A stretch of 64,000 nucleotides of DNA from an uncultured Rhodoblastus sp. (GTDB lineage Bacteria > Pseudomonadota > Alphaproteobacteria > Rhizobiales > Beijerinckiaceae): NCBI RefSeq assembly GCF_903903185.1, contig NZ_CAIUXT010000150.1:27425-91424 (forward strand), read 5' to 3'. Within the stretch, counting starts at the first letter, position 1, and each line of letters opens with the position of its first letter. A program made the translations under genes and the position numbers. Positions 9,301-18,257 of this stretch are shown here, piece by piece. Below the pieces are notes generated by a model. The model was given only the letters and a program-made list of their open reading frames with translations. It ran no database searches and was not told the DNA's origin.

Positions 9301-10752
9301 TCACGTTATCAGCAGAATCCAGGGAATTCCGATCGCCAGAAACGCCAACAGGAACACGAAGCCAAAAATCGGGCCAAGGCGCCAATAGTCGTTGGGCGGG
9401 ATATAGCCGCTCCCGTAATAGACCGGGCTCGGTCCGGTCGCGTAAGGCGTGAGAACGCCCATGATGCCGAGCGTCAGGACGAGGGACAGGGTCAGCGCCT
9501 TCATGTTCATGTCGGGATGGGCGGAGCCGAGCGTGAGCATGACGGGCAGCATCGCCGTCGCATGCGCGGTGACCGACGCGAATACGTAATGGCTCAGGTA
9601 AAAAATGACGACCAGACCGACCAGCGCGACATTGGCGGGGACTTTATCGACATGATGCCCGGCGCTCTCCGCGAACCATTCCACAAATCCAACCTTCGTC
9701 AGTCCCCCGGCGAGCGCGACCAGCGTGGCGAACCAGACCAGCGTGCTCCAGGCCTGCTTGTTCGAGAGCACGTCGTCCCAGGTCACGATCCCGGTGAGCA
9801 CAATGGCGCAGAGCACGGCCAGGGCGACCGTCGTGCTGTTGAATTGGGGTTCGCCGAAAATCCAGAATCCAAGCGCCGCCATCACGAGGAAGCCCAGTAA
9901 ATATTCCTTGCGCGTCAGACCGCCGAGTTTGGTCAGTTCGTTTCCTGCCCATTCCACAACTTGCGGGGCCTCCTTGACCTCCGGCGGATAAAGCTTCCAG
10001 GTCAGAAAAGGCACGGCTGCAAGCAGCACGATCCCGACCGGCGCGAAGGCGACGAACCATTCAATCCACGAGATGCTTGTTTTGACGGTCCGCTCGGCCA
10101 GTTCGAGCGCCAAAAGATTGGGCGCAAGGGCGGTCAGGAACATCGAAGACGTCACGCAGGTCGCCGCAAGCGCCGTCCACATGACGTAGCCGCCGATCCG
10201 GCGCGACGACGGGTCATTCGGCAGGCTGTCGTAAAGCGGCGGCAGATTGCGGATGATAGGAAAAATCGTGCCGCCTGAACGCGCGGTGCTCGAAGGCGTG
10301 AAGGGCGCCAGCGCCAGGTCGGCCAGAGCGACGGCATATCCGAGCGTCAAGGTTCTCCGGCCCATCGCCTTTACCAGCAACAAGGCCAGACGCCGGCCGA
10401 GTCCGGATCGATCGTATCCCAGCGCAAACATGAAGGCCGCGAAGATGAGCCAGACGGTTCCATTGCTGAACCCGGATAGCGCCCAGGACAAGGAGGCCGA
10501 GGAAGGATTGAAGCCCGGTTCGGCGAGTTCTTCCGGACTGTAAAGCGCCCATGGGGACAGAAGCGCGATCAGGGTGACCCCGATCATCCCGATCAGCGCA
10601 CCGGGAATGGGCTCGAAGATGAGGGCGACGACCACGCCGGAAAAGATCGCGAAATAGCGCCAGGCGTAGGGGTCCAATCCTTCCGGAGCCGGAATCAGCG
10701 CCAGGACGAGCGCGACCGCCACGGGCGCCAACAGTTTCCAAGAAGCCGGCAT
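9301..10752 (-). CDS. DASS-family (divalent anion:Na+ symporter / dicarboxylate-type) anion transporter
   Basis: 483-aa polytopic membrane ORF MPASWKLLAPVAVALVLALIPAPEGLDPYAWRYFAIFSGVVVALIFEPIPGALIGMIGV..., with two hairpin-loop-like repeats typical of anion permeases of the DASS/2-oxoglutarate-malate translocator type. Confidence 0.8.
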   Translation of the reverse strand: MPASWKLLAPVAVALVLALIPAPEGLDPYAWRYFAIFSGVVVALIFEPIPGALIGMIGVTLIALLSPWALYSPEELAEPGFNPSSASLSWALSGFSNGTVWLIFAAFMFALGYDRSGLGRRLALLLVKAMGRRTLTLGYAVALADLALAPFTPSSTARSGGTIFPIIRNLPPLYDSLPNDPSSRRIGGYVMWTALAATCVTSSMFLTALAPNLLALELAERTVKTSISWIEWFVAFAPVGIVLLAAVPFLTWKLYPPEVKEAPQVVEWAGNELTKLGGLTRKEYLLGFLVMAALGFWIFGEPQFNSTTVALAVLCAIVLTGIVTWDDVLSNKQAWSTLVWFATLVALAGGLTKVGFVEWFAESAGHHVDKVPANVALVGLVVIFYLSHYVFASVTAHATAMLPVMLTLGSAHPDMNMKALTLSLVLTLGIMGVLTPYATGPSPVYYGSGYIPPNDYWRLGPIFGFVFLLAFLAIGIPWILLIT

Positions 10753-11106
10753 ATCTTGCCCCCGCTGGACCCGAACATTTCCGCGCGCCTCACGCCAGAT
10801 CGCGGGCGCCTTCCGGGATCGTTATCGGCAAATTAGCGCCGCCGGGGATTTAGTGAAGCGTCACCTTAACCAAATAGGGGAGAGGAAACGAATTGCGTTC
10901 CGACCGCTGCGTAAATCCTCGAAACGCCGCGCCCGCACAATTCGTTTCCTGCCCCGAGTTCCTGCGCTTCGGGTATGGAAGAGAATGGCTCTGTCCCAAC
11001 AATCCGCGATCCAGAGACCGATAAGCATCCAGATCAAGCGGCGCCTACGCCAAATCCCCCAATTTAGACGCCATGGCCTGTGCCGATGCGGCTCGCGTCC
11101 TTACGG

Positions 11107-11811
11107 TCAAGCCGCGGACGAAACGGACTTGCGCGACCGATATCCAGCAAAGCCGAGGCCCGCAAAGCCGATCAACATCATCGCCCAGGTCGAGGATTCG
11201 GGGACCGATGCAATGGCCAAGCCGCTGACGGCCGCTCCGTAAGAGCCAGCATAGTTGTCGACGGTGATCGTCAGGTGGCCCGAGCCGTCAGCGACAATCG
11301 GCAGGGCGTAATAACCCAGAGATTTGGAACTGCTGCCGATCACGGAGTTGACGATCAATTCTTTGGTTGATGCGTCAATCTGGTAGAAGCTGGTGGTCCC
11401 GGCGCCGGTTATGGTCACGAGTTGATTGGTCGGGTAATTTTGGCGCGTTGCGAACACCCAAACGTCGTAAGTCGCGTTTGCCTTCAGTCCGCTCAGGGCC
11501 GCCGTGAAACTGTTTTCGCCGTAGATGTTGCCGTTGATCCCACCCAGGTTCGGATTGCCGCTCGGTATCGTGGCGGGGTTAACCGAAATGCCGAAAGGGG
11601 CGTACGCCCCGTTCACGCTGGTGGTCAACGAAATGCCCGAACCAGCGCCCGATTCGGAGGGAAGGTTGTTGGTCGTCCCCAGGGCGGTCTCGTTGGTCCA
11701 TTGGGATGCTCCCCCGGAACTATTGAAAGTAACGCCGACGAGAGAGACCGCCGAGGCCTGCCCGGCGCCCAAGAGTAAAAAAGCCAACGTAAACAGACTG
11801 GCGCGTTTCAT
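11107..11811 (-). CDS. PEP-CTERM-sorted secreted protein
   Basis: Signal peptide MKRASLFTLAFLLLGAGQASA. The C-terminus is ...IASVPESSTWAMMLIGFAGLGFAGYRSRKSVSSAA (PEP-CTERM motif + TM helix + basic tail). Confidence 0.85.
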   Translation of the reverse strand: MKRASLFTLAFLLLGAGQASAVSLVGVTFNSSGGASQWTNETALGTTNNLPSESGAGSGISLTTSVNGAYAPFGISVNPATIPSGNPNLGGINGNIYGENSFTAALSGLKANATYDVWVFATRQNYPTNQLVTITGAGTTSFYQIDASTKELIVNSVIGSSSKSLGYYALPIVADGSGHLTITVDNYAGSYGAAVSGLAIASVPESSTWAMMLIGFAGLGFAGYRSRKSVSSAA

Positions 11812-12072
11812 CCCAAAATCCTTTCGTAGCGGAGCCAGAGCCCACCTTTCTTGATAGACGATTCTCGAATTGAGACTTCATCTGAATAAAGGTTCAACCA
11901 ATCTCTGAAAAATGTCAACGAACTGCGGGGATTGACACTTTACTAAATCCCCAATTAGCGCCGTCCTGCCCAAATCCCCAATTGCAACAAATTTCCGAAT
12001 TGCCGCCAACGCCCCGGGAAATCGTGGACAGGGAACGAATGGCGCGGCGATCTCTCGCGAAAGGCTCGAATC

Positions 12073-12130
12073 GGCCATGATCGCGCAATTCGATCCACCG
12101 AGTTCCTGCCGCTCGCCTTGCACTTGAGGC
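12073..12130 (+). repeat. ~60-bp non-coding direct repeat, copy B
   Basis: GGCCATGATCGCGCAATTCGATCCACCGAGTTCCTGCCGCTCGCCTTGCACTTGAGGC, same orientation as copy A at 9132..9192. Confidence 0.85.
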
Positions 12131-12625
12131 GGTCTGCGCTATCGGTCGATCTTCCTCCGGTTCTGTCGTTGCAATCCCCTCGGTTTTCCGAAAAAGTTCA
12201 ACTCATGATTGCAGTCTGGCGCAAAAAACAGAGAAAAAACGTGCGATTTTTGCAATATTCGCGCCATTTTCGTTCAAGAATTGGTCAATTTTCACCTTTT
12301 TCAACCTATAGGGGTATTCGAATCTCCCGCCTCAAGCAGGTCTTCGCACCGAGCCAAACAGCGCGCGCACGCTCGCTTCCGGTTTGCTCTCAACGACGAG
12401 TTTCCTCGCTATAACAATAATTTAGACGAAAACTAGCGGCGAGCCGCGCGCCCATGCCGGCTCGGCGATGCATCGCCGTTGTTTCACGTGAAACAAAACA
12501 AGAACAAAATCCGCGGGTCGAAAGGCGTTTTCACCCCGTCAAATTCATTTTCACCCGTAACGCTTCCGGCGGTCGCCGCATCAAGTCGCGACAATGGACT
12601 TGTCGCATTGCCAAAATCCAGATCC

Positions 12626-13702
12626 CTAAAGCTCCACCTGCCCCGTAAACCGGCCCGCCGCGCGGCATTGGGCGAGAGCGCTCAGCAGCAATTGCCGCAG
12701 CGCCTCCGCCTCGTCGACGACCAGCACGACCGGCAGGGCCTCCGGCAAAGGCAATTTTGGGCGCAGCAGCGGCAGAAAGGCCGACAGCTTGACCATGTCC
12801 TTTTCCGTTGTCACCAGCAGCGCGTCGAGCGCCTCGGCCTGGCGCTGCAGGGCGGCGATCTCGGCCAGACGGTAGGGATGATGATCGGGGAAGGCGTGGC
12901 GGGCGACCAGTCGCGCGCCGCAGGCCTCCAGCGAATCGAAAAACTTTTGCGGACGCCCGATGCCGGCGAAGGCTACGACCTTCGACCCCAGCATACGCAG
13001 GGCGGCGTTGGCGTCCGGCGCCAACCGGCCATGAAACACCGGCTTGCCGGCCTCGGCGACCAACTTGCCGGCTTTTTCGCCAGCCGTTCCCTCGCCGATC
13101 ACCAGTCCGGCGTCGGTATGTTTCAATTGCAGATCGAGCGGCGCGCGCAACGGGCCGGCGGGCAATAGCCTTCCATTGCCGAAGCCGACCGCGCCGTCGA
13201 TCACCGCCAGCGTGAAATCGCGGCGCAGGCTGGGGTTTTGCAATCCGTCGTCCATCACAATCATGCTGGCGCCGCCGGCCAGCGCCAGCATGGCGCCGGT
13301 CGGCCGGTCGCGCGCCACCACGGTATTGGCGACGCGGGCGAGGAGCAGCGGTTCGTCGCCGGCTTCCGCCGCGCAATGGCGGTGGCGGGCGACGAGATGG
13401 GCGCCGCCGTCGGCGGAAAGCGCGCCGCCATAGCCACGCGACAGGAAATAGGGGGTTTCCCCGGCGCGCTTGAGCCATTTGGCGAGGGCCAGCGCCGTTG
13501 GCGTCTTGCCGGCGCCGCCGGCGACGAAATTGCCGACGCAGATCACCGGCGCGCTGACCCTGGAGCCCGTTTGCGCCATCCGGCGCACGACCGCGCGACC
13601 GTACAACGCGGAAAAAGGCGACAGCAAAGCGCTCATCAGCCGGCCGAACAGGCTTGGCTGGGCGGACCACCAGAAATCGGGCGCGCGCATAGCCCCTCGC
13701 AT
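12626..13702 (-). CDS. lpxK: Tetraacyldisaccharide 4'-kinase
   Basis: MRAPDFWW...VICVGNFVAGGAGKTP (P-loop)...FLSRGYGG...DDGLQNP. Downstream of waaA as in many alphaproteobacteria. The start may be the second Met at 13690. Confidence 0.9.
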   Translation of the reverse strand: MRGAMRAPDFWWSAQPSLFGRLMSALLSPFSALYGRAVVRRMAQTGSRVSAPVICVGNFVAGGAGKTPTALALAKWLKRAGETPYFLSRGYGGALSADGGAHLVARHRHCAAEAGDEPLLLARVANTVVARDRPTGAMLALAGGASMIVMDDGLQNPSLRRDFTLAVIDGAVGFGNGRLLPAGPLRAPLDLQLKHTDAGLVIGEGTAGEKAGKLVAEAGKPVFHGRLAPDANAALRMLGSKVVAFAGIGRPQKFFDSLEACGARLVARHAFPDHHPYRLAEIAALQRQAEALDALLVTTEKDMVKLSAFLPLLRPKLPLPEALPVVLVVDEAEALRQLLLSALAQCRAAGRFTGQVEL

Positions 13703-13790
13703 TTTGAGGAAGGATCAGCTTAGTCGCCGCCGCCAGCCGAAGCCAGAAGCTTTTTTTAACGAAAATAAATTGGACCGGCGTCCATGAGTC

Positions 13791-15077
13791 CTAATGCTCG
13801 GATACAATCATGTGGGCGATATAATGTTCGAGCGCCTGCATGATTTTGTCCGAGGCGCCGCCGAGCGCGCCGACGGTTTCGCGCGAGGCCTCCGCCGTGC
13901 GGCGCAACAGGACCGGATCGGTCAGCAGAGCCGTCAGGGTCAGGGCGAGCGCTTCGGCGTCCTTGACTTCGATCGCGCCGCCCTTTTCGTCGAGCGCGGC
14001 ATAGACGTCGAGGAAATTGCCGACATGGGGGCCGTGCAGGATGGCCGACCCCAGTTTCGCCGGCTCGATCGGATTCTGGCCGCCGTGGCCCACCAGCGAC
14101 TTGCCGACGAAAATAACGCTCGACAGGCGATAGAACAGCCCAAGCTCCCCCATCGTGTCGCCGACATAGACCCGCGTCGCGGGCAAAATCGGCTCGTTGG
14201 CCGAGCGCTGCGCGACCTCCATTCCGGCGGCGCGCGCCGCGGCTACGATTTCCGCGCCGCGCTGCGGGTGCCGCGGCGCCAGAACCGTCAGAAGATCGGG
14301 GAAGCGCGCCGCCAATTGCTTGTGCACGCGCAGGGCCAGAAGCTCTTCGCCGGCATGGGTCGAGGCGGCGATCCATACCGGGCGCTGGCCGATCTGTTTC
14401 GCCAGCGCGTCGAGCCTGACCGGGTCGCCGGGCGGCGCATCGACGTCATATTTGAGATTGCCGACCGCATCGACGCGAGGCGCGCCGAGCTGCAAAAGCC
14501 GCGCGGCGTCGTCCTGGCTCTGCGCCAGGCACAGGTCGATCTTGCCGAGCAGCGTCGAGATAAAGCCCGAAAACCGGCGCCAGCGCGCGAAAGAGCGCGG
14601 CGACAGGCGGGCGTTGACCAGGGTGATCGGAATGTTGCGCGCGTGGACGGCGCAGATGGTGTTCGGCCAGATTTCCGATTCCGCCAGCAGGAACAGGTCG
14701 GGTCGCCAATGGTCGAGAAAGCTTTCGATGAAGCGCGGCGCGTCGAGCGGCACATATTGGTGGCTGGACCCGGAGGGCAGCCTCTGCGCGAGGATGCGCG
14801 CCGAAGTCACCGTGCCGGTGGTGACGAGAACATGGAAGCCCTTGGCGATCAGCCGCTCCACCAAAGGCAGCAACGCCAGACCCTCGCCGACGCTCGCGCC
14901 GTGAAGCCAGGCCAGACGGCCTTCCGGGCGGGGCAGGCCGGCGACGCCGCGCCGCTCGCCGAGCCGGTTCTGGTCTTCCTTGCCGCGCCGCGCCCGCCGC
15001 CACAGGAACAGGCCGCTGATGGGCGCAAGCCCGCTGGCGGCGGCGCGATAGACGGGCAAAAATACCTCGGTCTTCAT
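13791..15077 (-). CDS. waaA: 3-deoxy-D-manno-octulosonic acid (Kdo) transferase
   Basis: Start at MKTEVFLPVYRAAASGL (CAT 15075..15077). WLHGASVGEGLALLPLVERL, then a GT-B C-terminal half ...IFVGKSLVGHGGQNPIEPAKLG... Confidence 0.9.
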   Translation of the reverse strand: MKTEVFLPVYRAAASGLAPISGLFLWRRARRGKEDQNRLGERRGVAGLPRPEGRLAWLHGASVGEGLALLPLVERLIAKGFHVLVTTGTVTSARILAQRLPSGSSHQYVPLDAPRFIESFLDHWRPDLFLLAESEIWPNTICAVHARNIPITLVNARLSPRSFARWRRFSGFISTLLGKIDLCLAQSQDDAARLLQLGAPRVDAVGNLKYDVDAPPGDPVRLDALAKQIGQRPVWIAASTHAGEELLALRVHKQLAARFPDLLTVLAPRHPQRGAEIVAAARAAGMEVAQRSANEPILPATRVYVGDTMGELGLFYRLSSVIFVGKSLVGHGGQNPIEPAKLGSAILHGPHVGNFLDVYAALDEKGGAIEVKDAEALALTLTALLTDPVLLRRTAEASRETVGALGGASDKIMQALEHYIAHMIVSEH

Positions 15078-15315
15078 GTGCGGCTGGCTTCTTCCCGTGA
15101 CGCGGGAGTTCCTGACGCGAGGCCATCGAATCAGGGCTTCCATTTCTTCGCTTATTTTCTTCGTTTTATTGATGCGCTCAAGGCGCGCCGCTTTGCGCCA
15201 GGAGCGGGACGGCGATTTCAGACGCGCTTCATGCCCGTCTTTTCAGGCAAAAAGGCGGCGGCGGCGTTCGCGCCGCTGCTTCTGTCCGGGATTTACCCCG
15301 GCAATCGCGATGCCG

Positions 15316-15552
15316 TCAGTCGTCGGAGGGATCGAGCACGCGGTGAAGTTCGACGACGAAATAGCGCATCTGCGCATTGTCCACTGTCGATTGCGCCTTG
15401 GACTTCCAGGCTGAATGGGCGGAGGCGGGATCGGGATAGACGCCGACCAGGTCGATCTCGCTCAGATCCTTGAATTCCGTGGTGGCGAGATTTCGCAATT
15501 CGCCGCCAAAAACCAGGTGCAGCAATTGTTTGGGTTCGACTATGTGGCTCAT
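15316..15552 (-). CDS. DUF4170-like small conserved protein
   Basis: MSHIVEPKQLLHLVFGGELRNLATTEFKDLSEIDLVGVYPDPASAHSAWKSKAQSTVDNAQMRYFVVELHRVLDPSDD. Start at CAT 15550..15552. Its position beside the IMPase-family gene is a recurrent alphaproteobacterial arrangement. Confidence 0.7.
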   Translation of the reverse strand: MSHIVEPKQLLHLVFGGELRNLATTEFKDLSEIDLVGVYPDPASAHSAWKSKAQSTVDNAQMRYFVVELHRVLDPSDD

Positions 15553-15605
15553 ACGCTTCTCCCTTCCAGAATCGGTTGGCGCCCTCCGGGGCGAAAGTCC
15601 ATCCA

Positions 15606-16517
15606 TCAAGCCCTGCGGCCTGTCGCCGCGCCGCCGACCGCAGCTTCGATCAATCGGGCCTGCAGGACCGGCGGTCCCGCCGCGAGGACGGGATGTTCCG
15701 GCCTGGCGCGATTGTAGGACGGCGCGCGTCCCTGCAGATCGGTCAAGACGCCGCCTGCTTCATGCAGGATCAGATCGGCGGCGGCAATATCCCAGTCGCA
15801 GGAATTTTCCCGCGCCAGCACCGCGTCGCACTGGCCTTCGGCAACGCGAAGCAGCCGCATGGCGAGCGAGGGAAGACGGGGCTGGCGCGAATAGGTCAGG
15901 CCGGCGCCGCCCAGAATCCTGTGCAGATTCTCCGGCGCCGCCAGTCGGGCGCCGGAAAGCTCCTGTCGTGTCGAGACGGCGAGCGGCGTTCCGTTGAGCG
16001 TTGCGCCGGCCCCGATGCTGGCCACGAAAGTTTGCGCTAGCGCAGGCGCGTGGACGATCCCGTAAACCGGGCGATCGCCGAACACCAGCGCCAGGCAGAC
16101 GCAGAAACAGGGGTCGCCGGCCATGAAGCCGCGCGTGCCGTCGATGGGATCGGCGATGAACAGCGTCTCATGCGCGAGGCGTTCGGGCGAATCCACGGTT
16201 TCTTCCGACAGCCAGCCGATGCCCGGCGCCAGTTCGGCGAGGCGGGCGTACAAGAGGCGGTCGATGCGCAGATCGGCCTCTGTGACGGGCGAGCCGCCGT
16301 GTTTCAGGCTCACATGCGCCTGCGTCGGCGCGCCATGCCGGAAATATTCCATTGCGATGTCGCCGGCTTCGCGGACAATCGCCTCGACGCGAGGCAGAAT
16401 GGCTGCAAAAGCGGAAAGATCGGGCAAGGGCGAAAGCCTGGGTTCTAGGGCGTTTTCAAGCGAAAGCGAAAATATTTCGCAAAAAGAAAACGCCTGACGC
16501 CAAAACGGAACATCCAT
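15606..16517 (-). CDS. Inositol monophosphatase / 3'(2'),5'-bisphosphate nucleotidase (CysQ-like) family protein; start uncertain
   Basis: ...SPVTEADLRIDRLLYARLAELAPGIGWLSEET...FIADPIDGTRGFMAG...CDWDIAAADLILHEAGG: IMPase metal-binding motifs (EE, DPIDGT, WD). An alternative TTG start near 16427 would give a more typical length. Confidence 0.8.
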   Translation of the reverse strand: MDVPFWRQAFSFCEIFSLSLENALEPRLSPLPDLSAFAAILPRVEAIVREAGDIAMEYFRHGAPTQAHVSLKHGGSPVTEADLRIDRLLYARLAELAPGIGWLSEETVDSPERLAHETLFIADPIDGTRGFMAGDPCFCVCLALVFGDRPVYGIVHAPALAQTFVASIGAGATLNGTPLAVSTRQELSGARLAAPENLHRILGGAGLTYSRQPRLPSLAMRLLRVAEGQCDAVLARENSCDWDIAAADLILHEAGGVLTDLQGRAPSYNRARPEHPVLAAGPPVLQARLIEAAVGGAATGRRA

Positions 16518-16776
16518 CCCGTGTAAACGCCGCTCCGCGCCGGCGCAAGCCATTTCGGCCGCGCGGGGAGCCGGCTCGTCTCGAAAGCGGCCAGCCGAAC
16601 TGTCGACAATTTGAACAATTCTTTTACCGGGATTTTCGCCATGCCCGACGGGAATAGGCGGGCCGGGGAGAGCCATCGCGGATTGCATAAAATGCCGCCT
16701 ATTTTTTTAGCCGGGCGGTGGGCGGTTGCGGCCCAATCTTGTCGCAAGAGCCGAAACCCGCCGACTGGAGCCCAAC

Positions 16777-17301
16777 ATGACGACGCCTCAAGCCAAAGCG
16801 ATCGATCGGATTTTCGCCCGCGACCCCCGCGCCGACGGCGGCCAGCGCCAGATTTCGATCGCCGCCGACGCCATCGCCATCGACCGCCGGGTGGCCGGGG
16901 TGCGGATGCGCCTCGCCCTGCCGATCCGGTCCTTTCGCGGCGTGTCGCTGGCGCTGGTGGAAACCGCGCGCGGCTCGTTTTATCGGGTTGCGCTCGATCA
17001 CCGCGATCCCGATCTGGCGGTGACGCTGGCCGAGGCGAAAAGCGAGCGCGAGATCGCGCTCGAATGGAAAGCCTGGGCGCAATTTTTTCAGTTGCCGCGC
17101 CTGACGCTCGGCTCCGACCTGAAAACCGTCGTCCTCGATTCGAGCCTCGGCGCCCTGGTTCTGGGCGCCGTTCAACCGCGCAAGCGGGGCTGGCCGCTCA
17201 AGCAGAGGCGCTCGAAAATTTCTGGCCTGCGCCAACAGGGGCCGGGCGGCCGCGTCATGGCGGTGTTTCGGGATGAGCGCGAAATCGTCTGCTACGAGTA
17301 A
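16777..17301 (+). CDS. Conserved hypothetical protein (possibly DUF6101 family)
   Basis: MTTPQAKAIDRIFARDPRADGGQRQISIAADAIAIDRRVAGVRMRLALPIRSFRGVSLALVETARGSFYRVALDHRDPDLAVTL... Codon usage is consistent with coding. Family name is from memory only. Confidence 0.6.
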   Translation: MTTPQAKAIDRIFARDPRADGGQRQISIAADAIAIDRRVAGVRMRLALPIRSFRGVSLALVETARGSFYRVALDHRDPDLAVTLAEAKSEREIALEWKAWAQFFQLPRLTLGSDLKTVVLDSSLGALVLGAVQPRKRGWPLKQRRSKISGLRQQGPGGRVMAVFRDEREIVCYE

Positions 17302-17303
17302 AA

Positions 17304-18254
17304 TCAACTCACCAGATAATAAAGCAGGTTCTCCGCGAACAGGCCGGCAAAGAGGATGAAGCCGGCGGGACCGTTCGAGCGGAACAATCGAAGCGCCATC
17401 GCCTCGTCCGCCTTGTCGAGCTTTCGGACCTGCCAGACGAGATGGCAGGCGAAGGTGATCAGGCCGAGTTGCGCCAGAATTCCGGCGCCGGCGCCGGCCA
17501 GCGCCCATTCGGCGCATAGCACGCTTGCCAGATAAAGTAGTGAGACCGCCAACTTCACGTGGTCGCCGAACAGCAGGGCAGTGGACTTGACACCGGCGCT
17601 GACATCGTCCCGGCTGTCTTGCAGGGCGTAGATCGTGTCATAGCCGATCGTCCAGAATACACAGGAGGCGTAAAGCCAAAGGGCCGGCGCTTGCAGATCG
17701 CCGGTGCGCGCCGCCCAGCCCATCAGTGCGCCCCATGAGAAGGAGAGGCCTAGAACGGCCTGCGGCCAGGAGGTGACGCGCTTCATGAAGGGATAGACCG
17801 CAACCGGCAGCAGCGAGCCCATCCCCAGCACAATCGCGAAAGGGTTGAAGCTCAAAAGCACGGCCAGCCCGATCAGCGCCTGCGCCACCATGAACAGGAG
17901 CGCCTTGAACGGACCGACCCGGCCCGAGGCCAGAGGCCGGGCGCGCGTGCGCTCGACCTGCGAGTCGATCTTGCGGTCGATCAGATCGTTGAAGGTCGAT
18001 CCCGCGCCGCGCATGACGACGGCGCCGACGGCAAACAGCGCGAGCTGAGCGAAATCTGGCTTTTGCAGCGTGAAAACGCCGGCAAGGCAGGAGGACGTGA
18101 GACAGGGCGCCAGCAGCAACTGCCAGCCGGTCGGTCGGTCAAGCCGCGCCAGCTGGACATAGGGGATCCAGCTCGCAGGCAGCATCCGCCAAATCCGCGC
18201 GGCGCCGGCGTCGGGCAGGAGGGTGTCGTTCAACTGGCGCGTCGGCGCGCCCAT
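17304..18254 (-). CDS. ubiA: 4-hydroxybenzoate polyprenyltransferase
   Basis: ...WIPYVQLARLDRPTGWQLLL...GAGSTFNDLIDRKIDSQVERTRARPLASGR... (UbiA NDxxDxxxD motif). Polytopic membrane protein. Confidence 0.9.
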   Translation of the reverse strand: MGAPTRQLNDTLLPDAGAARIWRMLPASWIPYVQLARLDRPTGWQLLLAPCLTSSCLAGVFTLQKPDFAQLALFAVGAVVMRGAGSTFNDLIDRKIDSQVERTRARPLASGRVGPFKALLFMVAQALIGLAVLLSFNPFAIVLGMGSLLPVAVYPFMKRVTSWPQAVLGLSFSWGALMGWAARTGDLQAPALWLYASCVFWTIGYDTIYALQDSRDDVSAGVKSTALLFGDHVKLAVSLLYLASVLCAEWALAGAGAGILAQLGLITFACHLVWQVRKLDKADEAMALRLFRSNGPAGFILFAGLFAENLLYYLVS

Positions 18255-18257
18255 TTA

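Noticed and set aside
12311-12338. Possible tRNA gene or fragment (GGGGTATTCGAATCTCCCGCC)
   Set aside because: Only a T-loop-like TTCGAAT with a poorly paired stem. No D-arm, anticodon arm or acceptor 5' strand could be found upstream, so no tRNA is called. It is kept only as a possible decayed att remnant in the findings.
12531-15473. ORFs 12531..13670(-), 12479..13168(+), 13794..15473(+) and 13756..14376(-), overlapping lpxK and waaA
   Set aside because: These are off-frame or antisense shadows. Only the frames giving the LpxK P-loop and the WaaA GASVGE motif look like proteins.
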